Translations under genes and position numbers: made by a program
Shown here: positions 1-11,502 of the stretch, one piece after another
How positions within the stretch are numbered: the stretch's first letter is position 1
How the letters are laid out: every line of letters starts with the position of its first letter
From: Carpediemonas membranifera BICM
Taxonomy: Eukaryota > Protista > Fornicata
Direction: 5' to 3'
DNA length: 64,000 bases
Assembly: GCA_019828565.1 (NCBI GenBank)
Contig: JAHDYR010000029.1
Coordinates: forward strand, 62,001-126,000
The notes under the pieces: model-generated
The model's database searches: none
What the model was told of the DNA's origin: nothing
The model's input: only the letters and a program-made list of their open reading frames with translations

Positions 1-788
1 CTTCACACGTATAAGAAATAACCCAGAGCCATAGGGCGGGGCACGTATGCACATGTATACACGTACGTGCGAGGTATCGGGGCGCAGCAGCCAAACAGGA
101 GGGTAACCATAAGGCAACAATACCACCTGGGCGGCACCTGGACCAAATCAGAGCTGCGCCGAACGGCCCGGCACCCAAAACTTGGAACCAGCCGGAAGCT
201 AGGAAGAAGCCCTATAGGGAACAAATCCTTGAGGAGGGGATCCATGCCGGAACGGAAAGTGTGGAAGAGCCCGAACGCAGCCGTGAATCATATAGCTACC
301 CAGCGATGATCGGTGGGTTTCATAACTGGCCCAATTGCGTGGTACGGCAAACGCCAAGCCCGAAACTGCTTCGGCGGGTGCCTGAAAAATTGCAAACTGG
401 GTCGAATGGTATGGAGAACATATCCCTGAGAGGAGCCCTGTAGGGGGAAACCGAGCAGAAGGCCCCGGTGGCGGGTGTGCAGGGCAAGGCCTTGCGGGTG
501 CCAGGCAGAACGGGGGCCCGAAGGACCCCCAAGAGTAAGACCTGGGTTATCCCGACTTTGGGGGTATCGGGCCAGCCAGTTGATAGGTCAACATGCAAGG
601 GACTACCCAGCCTTACCAGCTGGACCCTGACGGTGATGGTGCTAACGCCCCCAACGTAGTATCAGGCTCGCTCACGAAGGGAAGTCAACACGCTAAGGCG
701 TTCCCGGGGACATGGGGTGGTGCAAACTGGTAATTCCCTGATTTACACAGGTGTACAGGATACGTTAAATTTCTTTCTTTCTTTCTTT
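1..788 (+). mobile_element. 3' end of a divergent (TTTC)n-tailed non-LTR-like retroelement inserted in the 3' UTR of LTR element A
   Basis: Ends in AAATTTCTTTCTTTCTTTCTTT like the other tailed copies. Shares short blocks with their 3' region (AAGGCCTTGCGGG, GACCCCCA, ACGGTGATGG, CCCGGGG). No credible ORF. Confidence 0.6.
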
Positions 789-984
789 GACGGTATGATG
801 TCCAGAATGAGCCTGGTGTGTTCGAAACGCGAAGGATACTTGTTAGAAAGTCCTTCTTTCCCCCCTTTTCCTGCTATCGGTTCTTGATGAGGGAATGCAT
901 GATGTTCCTGTTCGAACTGCGTTCGTTCGGATGAATGTTTGTACAATAAGCAACATCAACATGAGATTAGGATGGGCTGATGTT

Positions 985-1566
985 CTATAGTCGCTTTTCC
1001 AGCTTTGAGCGCTCGTCGGGCGGTAGCGTCAACAAGTAACTGTCTAATGCGACGAGCTGGCGGTTCTCTGCATCTAGAGGTTCCCACGTAGCCTCTGAGC
1101 GTTCGAATCCTGCCCAGAGAATCTTGATCAGGCCTGGTTCCTTCCTCAGGTCGTGATCCAGGATGGCTTCGACGACAAGTTCGTCGTGATCCAGGGCCGC
1201 CATTTTGAGGGCCGCCTCTGGGCTGACGGGCGCTGCGATCATGCGCTCCCCGTGGATGTGGACCACCTTCTTCGTAATGAGGTCCTTCAGTCGGTAGACG
1301 TTGGGGTCTTCGCCACGACCCAGGACCTTAAGTGGTCCCCGGAGGAAGGGTGAGAGCTTCTGGGGCTTCCTGCTCGGGATGATAAACGCAAACTCGTGCG
1401 GCTTCCACCTGTGGGTGGTCTTGAAGTGATCTCCCCGGCGCTTAGCCGCGTTGTACTCCTCCACAGCATGCTTGCTCAGTGCGCGGATGCGGCCGAGGGC
1501 CTCGATGTGACTGGCGAGAGCTGTAGATGCGCGCTCGGGGTCGGTGTAGCTGCGTGGGGTCTTCAA
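985..1566 (-). pseudogene. Integrase C-terminus (GPY/F motif) and chromodomain of element A
   Basis: KLSPFLRGPLKV motif; VVEAILDHD..ILWAGFERSEATWEP chromodomain. The DDE core is missing compared with element B. Confidence 0.85.
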
Positions 1567-4391
1567 GTGTCGAGGGCTGATGGGTGGCCGGCGGATCCTC
1601 CATGAAGGGTCCGGAGGATGGCGCGGGCGTCTTCTGGTATGTCGTCAGTGGTCAGGAAGCAGCAGCGACTAAGAGCGTCTGCTACAGCGTTGTCCTCCCC
1701 TGCCACATGTGATATCTCCGCGGGGAACTGCTGGAGGGTGATCCTCCAGCGCATTACCTTCGGTGAGCAGTCCGAGCGCTTCATGAGGTAGACGATATTG
1801 CGATGGTCCGTGTGGACGTGTAGGTCCGTGGCCATGGTGAACAGGGGCTGCATGTCTGATCTGGTGAGTGCACTAAGGATACCATACAGTTCCTTATCAT
1901 AGGTGCACCAGCGGCGTTGCACATCAGTTAGTCTCTTGGAGAATAACGTGACGGGATGATGTTGGCCGTCCGCAGCGATCTGATATAGAATACCGCCGAC
2001 CGCGTTGTCGGACGCGTCTGTATAGAGATGCCAGGGTAGACCCGGGTCCGGCTGGGTGAGGGTGATGGCCTCCGCTGTGGCCTCCTTGAGGCTCTGGAGG
2101 GCCTGTTCTTGTGGATCACCCCACTCCTCGGCCTTGATTGCGTCATAGAGCGGGCCAAGAAGCTCCTGTGCGCGCGGAAGGTGCTCAGCGATGTAATTGA
2201 ACATGCCAGCGATGCGTCGCATGTCCTTGACAGAGGTGGGAGATGTGATGTCGTTGAGGGCCTTGGCTCTCTCGGGGTCCACGCTGCGACCTTGCTCCGA
2301 GATGTCGAAGCCGACGACCTTGACCTTACGGGAGGCGAACTTGCACTTCGCGAGGTTAAGTCTCAAGTCATGGCGATCGAGTAGCACTAAGGTGTGCTCT
2401 AGCGTCTGGAGGAATTCCTCCTGTGTCTTTGCGTGGATGAGGATGTCATCAATGTAGACCATAACACCCTTGTGAAGCACGGGTGCGAGGACTCCTTGCA
2501 TGACTCTTTGGAAGTGAGACGGCGCATTTGCTAGGCCGAATGGCACCCGCACGAACTCGTCATACGCGTCTGGGGTGATCATAGCCGTCTTGCGGACGTC
2601 GTCCGGGTGGACTGGGACTTGATGATACCCGGACGTGAGGTCCAGCGCCGCGAAGAAGCGTGAGCCGGATGCTTCCCGTACAAACGACTTCAAGTCGGGG
2701 AGGGGGAAGTGGTCCTTGACTGTGATCCTATTGAGAGCTGTATAGTCAATACACAGTCTGATGGCGCCGGATGCCTTGTCTACGACGACAATGGGAGAGG
2801 CAAACGGTCCCTGTGAGGCCCGTGTGATACCTGCCGATCGCAGGCGCTGCAGCTCTTCTCTGACTTGCTCACGGCGTCTGGGATTGAGGCGGCGGGGCTT
2901 GGCTTGCACGAGGTGCTGTTCGTCCACTAGCGGGATGCGCATGGCGGGCACCTTGGCTCCTCCGGGCGCCAGGCCGTCAAAAACGTGAGGGTGCTGCACC
3001 AATATCGCTGTGATCGGTTGCTTAAGCTCCTCGATCTCAATGTTGGGCTGTACGTCGTCGGCCAGCAGTAATTCTTCTGCTGGTCTGAAAGGAATATCGT
3101 CCCCTTCGTCTGCTGCGGTTTCTTTCACGAGCTTAACAAAAAGGCCATCGGAAGTGAGGCATCCGAGGCTTCTCAGAATATCGCAGCCTATGAGGATCAG
3201 GGGGGTTTTCCCTGGTATGATGTCGAGGTTGGCAGTGAAGCGGGTCTCGTGGCCAGCTAGGGCCACTCGGAGGTCCGCGGAGGTCCGGCCATTAGCGGTG
3301 GCCACTGACTGGTCTGCCAGTAAATAATGCCGCGTAGGGCCCGTTGAATGGGGTAGGGCGAGATCCTTTGCTAGTCCCTCCGAAACTCCTGAACGTCTGG
3401 CGCATGAATCAATGTGGAACACGTACTCTTGGCCATTTATATGGCCCGTAGTCTTGAGCACGTCGTCCTCGGTGTCGATCTCGGCATCGTCAAGGATCAT
3501 GGCCTCGAACGGGGTCTTGGCCTTGAGCTCAGATTTGGCTCTGAGGCCGCCGCCCGACTCCCTGGAGCGTGTCTTCTCTGAACGGGGACACTCGTTCCGC
3601 CAGTGATTGCCCTGGCAGATGGGGCAAGGGGTCTTCGGGGGCCTGTTGGTCGGATGGATGTCGTTCGGACGCGGCTTGGAGGTGGGAGCCGCTTCCTTGG
3701 CCTTGATGGGGAGGGCCTGCTTGGTGCTGGAGGATTCGTCAGTGTCGGGGTCGCTGTTAGCCTTGGTTCTGGCCTTCTTGGTGCGCACTAGATCGTAGCC
3801 GTAGCGCGTCATGTCCAGGCGAAGCTGGTCTTCAACCCGGGCGGCCTCGGTGATGAGTTTGTACACGTCCTCGAGCTTGGTTGGCTTTCGGAGGTCATAC
3901 TCCGTGCGGACGACACGTTGGAAAGCGTCAGGTGCCAGATGGGAGAGGCACAGCTTGGTGGCTTTTTCGATGACGGTATCGTCGTCGCGGGAGAGGTTCT
4001 CCTCTTCGGAGAATGTGCCCTTTGTGTAGAGCTGGAAGATGTCCTGGAATGCGTTGATGTACTTGCGCACAAGGACGGTGCGGGTGTTGAGGTCGGTGAT
4101 AGTGGATTCACAGCGGACCTTGCTCAGCTCGGCGAGCCATTGGCGGGATGTTTGAGGGCCGACGAGCTTGTCGAGGTGCTTGAAGAGCTCCTCTTCGGTG
4201 ATGGTTTCAGCGTTGAGGTCGAACTGTCGCTGAATGAGATCCGACAAGGCGTCGGTGAGGAAAAGGGAGGCTTTCGCGTCAGGTGCGAACACCTTGAGGC
4301 GTTGGACTTGCCTCTTGAAGGAGCGGACGCTCTCGCGGTCGAGGTTAATAGCGTCGAGCTCTGGAATTGTCATTTGGGTTTTGGCAAACAT
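1563..4391 (-). CDS. Gag-Pol polyprotein of element A (CCHC knuckle, protease, RT, RNase H)
   Basis: CPICQGNHWRNEC knuckle, FHIDSCA protease-like motif, LDLTSGYHQ and VYIDDIL RT motifs, LYTDASD RNase H motif. Confidence 0.93.
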   Translation of the reverse strand: MFAKTQMTIPELDAINLDRESVRSFKRQVQRLKVFAPDAKASLFLTDALSDLIQRQFDLNAETITEEELFKHLDKLVGPQTSRQWLAELSKVRCESTITDLNTRTVLVRKYINAFQDIFQLYTKGTFSEEENLSRDDDTVIEKATKLCLSHLAPDAFQRVVRTEYDLRKPTKLEDVYKLITEAARVEDQLRLDMTRYGYDLVRTKKARTKANSDPDTDESSSTKQALPIKAKEAAPTSKPRPNDIHPTNRPPKTPCPICQGNHWRNECPRSEKTRSRESGGGLRAKSELKAKTPFEAMILDDAEIDTEDDVLKTTGHINGQEYVFHIDSCARRSGVSEGLAKDLALPHSTGPTRHYLLADQSVATANGRTSADLRVALAGHETRFTANLDIIPGKTPLILIGCDILRSLGCLTSDGLFVKLVKETAADEGDDIPFRPAEELLLADDVQPNIEIEELKQPITAILVQHPHVFDGLAPGGAKVPAMRIPLVDEQHLVQAKPRRLNPRRREQVREELQRLRSAGITRASQGPFASPIVVVDKASGAIRLCIDYTALNRITVKDHFPLPDLKSFVREASGSRFFAALDLTSGYHQVPVHPDDVRKTAMITPDAYDEFVRVPFGLANAPSHFQRVMQGVLAPVLHKGVMVYIDDILIHAKTQEEFLQTLEHTLVLLDRHDLRLNLAKCKFASRKVKVVGFDISEQGRSVDPERAKALNDITSPTSVKDMRRIAGMFNYIAEHLPRAQELLGPLYDAIKAEEWGDPQEQALQSLKEATAEAITLTQPDPGLPWHLYTDASDNAVGGILYQIAADGQHHPVTLFSKRLTDVQRRWCTYDKELYGILSALTRSDMQPLFTMATDLHVHTDHRNIVYLMKRSDCSPKVMRWRITLQQFPAEISHVAGEDNAVADALSRCCFLTTDDIPEDARAILRTLHGGSAGHPSALDT

Positions 4392-4402
4392 GAGTCTGTA
4401 CT

Positions 4403-4414
4403 AGAATCGATTCT
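4403..4414. other. 12-bp palindrome AGAATCGATTCT at the PBS position of element A
   Basis: Perfect palindrome overlapping the last base of the putative LTR; no TGG-type PBS. Confidence 0.8.
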
Positions 4415-4508
4415 GTGGCGACAACAGTATTTACACATAACCTGCGAAGCAGGGGTGAGTGTGCCCGTAGTTATAAATAGCAATAATAATAACTGAGGCA
4501 CTGACACA
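4414..4508 (-). repeat. Putative 5' LTR of element A (about 95 bp)
   Basis: TG...CA termini, TATA-like TATTTATAA, 23 nt upstream of the gag ATG. No partner LTR in the window, so the boundary is inferred. Confidence 0.65.
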
Positions 4509-4642
4509 CGCTGGTCAAAGAGATCAAGGAAACGAGGACCGAGATGCGTAAGGAGAAGAAAGCCAACTTCTGGGACAGTGAATGGAATATTTCCGTTGAG
4601 GATGACGAAGAAGTGTAAATGAAATGAAAATAAAACAAGAAT

Positions 4643-5405
4643 TTATAGCTCCTGTGCCGAACACTCTAAGTAGTAATTCATGATGGCTTGGTATACCTTG
4701 CGACGCAGCACATCACGCGATTCAGCCTCAGCACGTTCCGCATTCCGCTTGGCAATGACAGAAGTGAGCTGACTGAGTGTCTTAGCCTCCTTCTTCAGAA
4801 CTCTGGTGGGTCTGGCGAAGATGAGATCCGCGTCGCGGTCACGGCAAGGCTTGCTCAGGACGAGCTTGACGTCATCGACCGTCACACCGCACGATGAAGC
4901 AGCGAAGGCATGGACCTTAGCCCGGTAGGCGATGGGAATGCGGTGAAAGGCATCATCCATCTCGCGGACAGTCGCGATGAGTGGGTCGTCCGTGTCCAGC
5001 TCATCTGTCTGGGCGTCAAGACTGAGGAGAGCCTTGAAGCGGTGACGCTTGTCCTCATCACCGCCTCCCCTGCCACTTGCGGCTGATCTCTTCGACCGAC
5101 TGGAGATTGCCGTAGAGCTTGTCCTTCTTCAAGGAGGCTACTTTCATCTTAGGGACCTCGGCGGCAAACTTCTGGCTGAAGTCGACAACCCATCCGTTTG
5201 CGCGGGTAATATCGTCATTATTAGTGAGGAAATTGCTGATAAAGGTCTGAACAATCTCGATGGGCGTCTTGTGAGCTTTTCGGGCTGTTTTCGTGGACTT
5301 GTTGGACTTGCTCTGGCTCTTTTGCTGCGCTTTCTTGCCAAGAGCCATTCTCCTCTCCTTTTGAGCTTCAGTGGCCTGTATATTGCCTTGTTTACTTCTT
5401 GCCAT
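4643..5405 (-). CDS. Hypothetical Lys-rich protein, one frameshift near 5080
   Basis: ORFs 5058-5405 and 4643-4960 join through an open alternative frame. No recognised domain. Confidence 0.45.
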
Positions 5406-5730
5406 CGTTGTTTCCTTAAAATGCGTGTGAAAATGTGAAATGAACTGTGACTCTCGACATTGCTGCGCAGCTATGGTATTCCAACGGCACAGAACGGGTT
5501 TATAGCATGCATATGATCCATTCTGGTGCCTTTATCCTCTATAACCAACATCAGTCCATCAAAATGAATCTTGCAACAGAATACTCATCCACACGCATCG
5601 AGAACGAAAAAGAAGCATATAACCAACATCAACAACCTAATAGAAGGCTGCATGCAAGCGTAGAGCTCTCCTAGTCAATTCTTCATTTTCACCACCATCG
5701 ATCTCCACGTCAGGATGAAACCGTGCGCCC

Positions 5731-5781
5731 AAAAGCTCAGAGATGCCGTTATAGATGATATAACGACGTCTCTGAGCTTTT
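5731..5781. repeat. Inverted repeat, 23-bp stem with 5-nt loop
   Basis: AAAAGCTCAGAGATGCCGTTATA / TATAACGACGTCTCTGAGCTTTT. Confidence 0.85.
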
Positions 5782-5821
5782 CAGCGATTTCAGTTTCTGG
5801 CCATGGATAAGCTACAAATCC

Positions 5822-5886
5822 TGTCAATGTTGTCCTCAGAGGACACTGAAAAAATTAATCTGTGTCCTCTGAGGACCAAATTGACA
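5822..5886. repeat. Inverted repeat with 25-bp arms; one arm recurs directly at 6066-6085
   Basis: TGTCAATGTTGTCCTCAGAGGACAC / GTGTCCTCTGAGGACCAAATTGACA, 23 of 25 positions match. Confidence 0.85.
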
Positions 5887-6084
5887 AAATCGAAAATGGA
5901 GCGATGAGATGTCCATCGAAAAACGGCCAAAACAGCGCAGGTGCAGAATGAGCTGAAAATCGGCCAAGGGGTAGCTCTTGGGTCTTTATGGCTGATCGGA
6001 GGTATTTACATGACAGCTGGCAATATTTATTGAGATAAAACGTATTTCATTTTTCGAGAAAGTCTTCTGAGGACCAAATTGACA

Positions 6085-6854
6085 ATGGTTAACGAAGACA
6101 TCATCTCTCTCGGCAAACTGAAGGAGACAATGCTTGCTCCTGACGATTCTGGTATGTCACTTTCATTTTCACGGTCCTATTTACACAGATGATTCATTCC
6201 GTGCATACGACGCCCTTTCGTCCACAAAGAGCCGTATAACCTGGCTGCAAGATCACGGCATCGTCTCTGATGACCCTCTGTTCTTCGTTTGCGTCCGTCT
6301 GATCAGCATTCGTATGATCAACGTTGTTTTCGGGTTCCCGTTGAAGCGCACTTTAAGCCAGCACGTTCACGACTATGGAGTTGCCAAACTACGCGCGATA
6401 TGTGACGCAACTAACCGCAACTACCTCTGCGAGGTCGACTTTGACTCTCCCGACACAATTGAGGCATTCCGACGGAAGTTTTGTGACCACTTCACCGCCA
6501 AATCTGTTATATAAGGCTCTAGTCGGCGTCGACTCGCTCCCTGTTGAGAAGCAGGTTGAGATTTACCGCGCATTCCACCTTGTGTTGCGCCACAAGGACT
6601 CGAAGAAACTCGATTCTCGTGTTCCGGCAGGCCAATTTGGCCAGTTTATCGCCCACGCCCAGCTCAGCAAGAAGCTGTCCTTCGCTGGCTCAGAGAAGCT
6701 GGCCGAGGAGTTGGCTAAGATCGGTTCGCTCGATCCGTCAGCTCCTCTGAAGAGGAAGATCGCTCGTCTTGAGAAGGAGTTCGCCTCATCGACTGCTGCT
6801 CTGATGAAGGTCCAAGAGGAGTTAGTCCGGGCTATTCATACGTCTCCTCCATGA
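6085..6854 (+). CDS. Hypothetical protein with a 37-nt intron (6152-6188) and a frameshift near 6505
   Basis: ATG at 6085. Removing GTATGT...CACAG keeps the frame into ORF 6134-6514. ORF 6375-6854 supplies a coiled-coil-like C-terminus. Confidence 0.5.
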
Positions 6855-6914
6855 GCCAGACCAATCTGACGACGGAGACGACATCATTCTTGGGAACGAA
6901 CTGATGGCCTTAGA

Positions 6915-7379
6915 AGAAAGAAAGAAAGAAAATTTATGGTGCCTGGTATCGGGCCCCGGTTACTTAGGCTGATCTCCCTTATTACTGGAGCCGAGTTCCC
7001 CGGGGCGCTGCCTCCTCCCTGCGATTGAACTTGTCAGCTGCGTCCAACGAGCGATTCGGTGCTACTGCTTCCGCTCACTCCCGATTTCACTTCCCCCCAT
7101 AGGCCTTCGCCATCTCCGTGCGCTGAGCGCTTTCCTGTCTCCCTGTAAACCCGGCAGCTTCCAGGGAGCCTGGGGGTCTGTCCTCGGTGCTTCCACAGGC
7201 AGGTTTGTCCTGCAAGACCTTCTCTATAGCACTCCCTGATTCCCTGCAGTCCCTACGGGGTCGTTCAAGCATGGCACCCTCTCCTCTTTCCAGATTCCCT
7301 GTTCAGTGCCCCCACGACCCTGTTAAGTGGCCTACCCGTGGGCGGGGAAAGCAACTAAGTCCCTCTCATCTACCCCTGT
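6915..7379 (-). mobile_element. 5'-truncated (TTTC)n-tailed non-LTR-like insertion in element B
   Basis: 14-bp TSD CTGATGGCCTTAGA at 6901-6914 and 7380-7393; (GAAA)n at the left end; homologous to the 3' region of element X. Confidence 0.9.
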
Positions 7380-7393
7380 CTGATGGCCTTAGA

Positions 7394-10073
7394 GGACATC
7401 GAGCCCGACATCGCAATTCAGGAGCTAAGAGAACCAATCGGGAATCTGCTTCAGAAGTACAGCGCAGTCTTTGGAGAGATCGCTCCACAAGGAGCCAAGG
7501 TTCCTCCTACCTTATGCGCATTCAGCTCATAGACGAGCAACAGCTTGTCCAGTGTAAGCCACGACGCCTGAATCCTCAACGCAGAGGACAAGTGCGCGAA
7601 GAGCTCCACCGCCTCCGCACAGCGGGCATTACAAGGCCATCGAAGGGCCCATTCGCGTCGCCGATCGTCGTTGTGGACAAGACCTCAGGCGCTATTAGGC
7701 TGTGTGTGGACTACACGGCACTCAACAAGGTCACGGTGAAGGATCACTTCCCGCTCCCGGACCTCAAGGCTTTCGTGCGCGACGCCTGCGGATCGAAGTT
7801 CTTCGCGGCTTTAGACCTCACCGCGGGGTACCATCAGGTGCCCGTCCATCCCGACGACATCCCCAAGACCGCGATGGTCACGCCGGATGAGTACGATGAG
7901 TACACTCGCGTTCCTTTTGGCCTCGCGAACGCCCCAAGCCACTTTCAACGGGTAATGCAGACCGTGTTGGCACCGGTGCTGCACCGAGGCGTTTTAGTCT
8001 ATATTGACGACATCCTGATTCACGCGGAGACTGAAGGGGAATTCCTTGACCTCATGGACGAAGTACTAGCTCTCCTAGACCGACACGACCTCCGACTGAA
8101 CATGGCCAAGTGCCAATTCGCCGCGAGAGAGGTGAAAATAGTCGGATTTAACGTGTCAGAGGCTGGACGGAGCGTAGATCGCAGTCGCATCGACGCCCTC
8201 CAGGCCATCAGCACCCCTAGGAACGTGACCGAGATGCGGCGCGTCGCGGGAATGTTCAACTACATCACAGAGCACTTGCCAGGCGCCCAGAAGACGTTGG
8301 GCCCCATATACGAAGGGATTTCGACTGAGACCTGGGGGAGGCTCAAGAGATGGCGCTTAGTCAGCTCAAGAGCGACACGGAGAGACTCATTACTCTTTGT
8401 CAGCCGGACCCAAGCCTCCCCTGGCACCTATACACTGACGCATCAGACACGGCGGTGGGAGGCATTCTATACCAGGTCACCCCGGAGGGCGACAGACAGC
8501 CCATCACCCTTTTCTCGAAGCGTTTATCAGAGGTCCAGCGGCGCTGGTGCACCTACGACAAAGAACTCTACGGGATAATGCACGCCCTGACCCGGCCGGA
8601 CATGAAGCCTCTGTTCGAGATGGCGAAGGATTTAAGCGTCCATACAGACCACAAGAACATCGTGTACCTGATGCAACGGGCCGAAATGTCTCCCAAGGTC
8701 ATGCGCTGGCGTATCGCCTACAGGAGTTCTCACTAACCATCAGCCACGTCGCAGGTGCGGAGAACGAGGTGGCAGACACGCTATCAAGGTGCTACTCATG
8801 TGACACCATCCCTTCGGAAGCCTTAACCACTCTACAGAGCCTACATGGAGGCTCCGCTGGTCATCCGTCCGTCACGACAATGAGACGCATCGCGGGCGAG
8901 AGCTGGGAGATGATTGCACCATACGCCCAGTCTTACGTGGCTCAGTGTCCAGTGTGCCAGAAGACCCGGCAGCTAAAGGCCCAGCAGACAACCTGGCACT
9001 CAACACAGCGGGCGGAGCCAATGGAGCGGGTCCAGCTAGACACTATAGGACCCCTCCCCAAAAGCGAGGGCGGCAACGCTTACGTAATAACCGCAATAGA
9101 CGTGTTCACCAAATATGTGGACCTAACCCCGGTCCCAGACACGTCAGCCGCCTCAGCGGCCCGAGCCATCACGCAGTGGTGTGGTAGACTAGGGGTGCCA
9201 CAGGAAATCCAGACGGACCAGGGGTCCCAGTTTCGAAACGAGCTGATAAGAAGGCTTACCGAGACCCTGACGGTGCAACACCATTTTGCTACGGCCTACC
9301 ACCCGCAAAGTTCGGGCGTGGTTGAGAGGGTGAACGGCACAGCCATCAGGGCCCTACGGAAGATCCTACTGGAAGCCCGCAGCAGTGACTGGGAGCAGTG
9401 GCTTCCTGTAGCTCAACTGATCGTTAACAGTGCTCCACACAGGACACTGGGGGGCATCACGCCTTTGGAGGCATTAATGGGTATCAGCCCGCAAGGACTG
9501 AAGCGTATGGCACGCGCATACGACCGCGTGACATCCCTGACCGCGTTCGCAGAGGCTCTCACAAGAACACGAAGGCTCTGCAAGTCCGCGATAGACGAGT
9601 ACGACGCAGTCCACAGGAGGCGACAGCCGGCCCCGCAAGCGGCGTGCTGGAAACGGGGAGATTTATGCTTCGTCATACCCCCACGAAAGCCGAAGAAGCT
9701 GGCCCCTTTCTTACGAGGGCCGTTAAAGCTCACTGGGCCGGGCGAGAGCCCCAACACGTATCTCTTGAAGGACCTCGTCTCCGGGAGCGTGACGCTCATT
9801 CACCAGGAGCGGATGATCGCTGCCAAGGGCATAGACGACCAGACGGCGCTTGCCATGGCTGCCACGGACCACGACGAGTACGAGGTCGAGGCCATCGTGG
9901 ACCACGATCTGTCGTCGAAGCCACCGCAAATCCTTATCCGATGGAAGGGCTTTGAGCCCTCCGAGGACTCGTGGGAGCCGCTAAACGCGGCTAACCGCCA
10001 GCTCCGAGTGATCGACGAGTACCTCGCATCGCTACCAGCAGAGGAGCGAAGGAAGCTGAGCAAGAAGCTCTGA
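7394..10073 (+). pseudogene. pol of element B (RT-RH-IN-chromodomain), frameshifted
   Basis: ORFs 7187-8578, 8350-8736 and 8547-10073 carry consecutive domains. Confidence 0.9.
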
Positions 10074-10468
10074 TTCCTGTTAAAGTAGTTCCATAATCAC
10101 CAAACCCCAGTTGATGTTGCTTGTTGACACATTGCGGGATCATCCTCCCGGAAGGAAGCGAAACCGGGACAAAATTCCAAAGAAACCCCCAATCTCGAAG
10201 GAAAGGGGGGAAGAGAAACAGGAACCATCGCTAACGGAGCAGGATCGGAGAGGATACGACGCACTTAGCCATAGTTCTCTCAATCGGATAATTCTGAAAG
10301 GAGAAATGAACCCATCAAATCGAAAAGTGAGTCCAACGGGACTCGAACCCACGAAGTTTAGGAAAATCGGCATGGGGATCACCTGGGTCGATCCTGAGAT
10401 CTTGAGTCAATCATTTCATCTCTCCCCAAATACCGTTCTAATAACCCGCCTTCAGCTTGGGTGGGCAG

Positions 10469-10551
10469 TGTGCGTTAATTAGGGAAGTAATTTAGTGGGG
10501 ACGACACCCATGTGTCGACTTTGACCTTTGTAAAACTATTGTTCTCTCACA
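10469..10551 (+). repeat. Putative 3' LTR of element B (83 bp)
   Basis: TGTG...CACA termini after a purine-rich GGGTGGGCAG tract; ends exactly where the adjacent RT fragment is cut. Confidence 0.7.
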
Positions 10552-11459
10552 GCCGTCATATCCTGGCATTCGCGTTTCAACGGGATTTGAAGAAACGCCT
10601 TGCTCAAATCAAGGGCTGCAAAGTATGAGTTGCCCTGCAGCCTCTCTACGAGGTCGTCTATTAGAGGCAAGGGGTGGGTCAGGTCAGTCGTGATCTCGTT
10701 CAGACGTCTAAAGTCAAGGCACATGCGACGTGTACGGTCCCGCTTCCAAGCTAACACAACCGGGTTGTTGTACTGGCTCTCGGAACGTCTTATAACCGCC
10801 ATGTTGCAAAGCTCCTCGACCTGTCGCTTCATCTCTTCCACTTCGCCCTCGCCGTAGCAGTAGGGCGGTACGTTGACCACTCTGTCATGTCGAAGGTCCA
10901 ACCCGAATGGCTCCACATCGGCCGGCTCATCAATACCTCCGAACAACCCCCCTAGCTTCGCTAACACCTCTTCGACCTCCACGGTCAGGTCCATTATCAC
11001 CGGCTTGGCATCATTGGTCGTCTGCGCGCTCGACAGGTAGACTTCTTCGTCAAACTCATCGCCCTCCAGCTCCAGGAACGTCTTGGTCCCTTCTCCAGCT
11101 GTTGGTAGATGGATTTCCACCAAGCCCAAGGCCGTTAGCGTCGGGAATCCGAACACTATCTGCGGCTTAAGCCTCGGTAGGATGTAGAGTACTAGCTTCG
11201 CCGTAGTACGGCGTCCTGTCTTCGGAATAACTCCTAGATCGATGTTGACTTCGATCTTCCCATGCACGTTGTAAACCGTCCCGCCTTGCAATCGAACCTT
11301 CACGTTTGTGGGGATAATTTCATCCGCGAACCCCAACTCGTCGATCAATGTCTTGTCGACAAAATCTGCGTCGGCCCCGGTGTCTAGCAATGTGTTAACG
11401 TCGCGACCGTCTACACACACCACGGCTTCAGGACGCTTCGCGGTCCCCTGGGCGACCAA
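10552..11459 (-). pseudogene. Ty3/gypsy protease and N-terminal RT fragment (element C)
   Basis: LLDTGAD protease motif, RMCLDFRRLN, LDLSKAFLQ; truncated by the LTR of element B. Confidence 0.9.
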
Positions 11460-11502
11460 AGAGGAAGAAGACAGAGAGAAAGAAAGAAAGAAAGAAAGAA
11501 AG

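Larger units (their letters stand above)
789..4508 (-). mobile_element. Ty3/gypsy chromovirus-like LTR retrotransposon A (integrase core deleted, 3' LTR not in window)
   Basis: gag-PR-RT-RH ORF plus a chromodomain ORF. Putative 5' LTR at 4414-4508 with TGTG/CACA termini. Confidence 0.9.
6855..10551 (+). mobile_element. 5'-truncated Ty3/gypsy chromovirus-like LTR retrotransposon B, related to A
   Basis: RT (VYIDDIL), RNase H (LYTDASD), integrase (QLDTIGP, QTDQG, GVVERVN) and chromodomain in frameshifted ORFs between 7394 and 10073. Putative 3' LTR at 10469-10551. Confidence 0.92.

Noticed and set aside
11443-11458. TGGTCGCCCAGGGGAC (minus strand) as a tRNA PBS for element C
   Set aside because: No LTR end is adjacent, and it lies directly before the protease with no gag in between.
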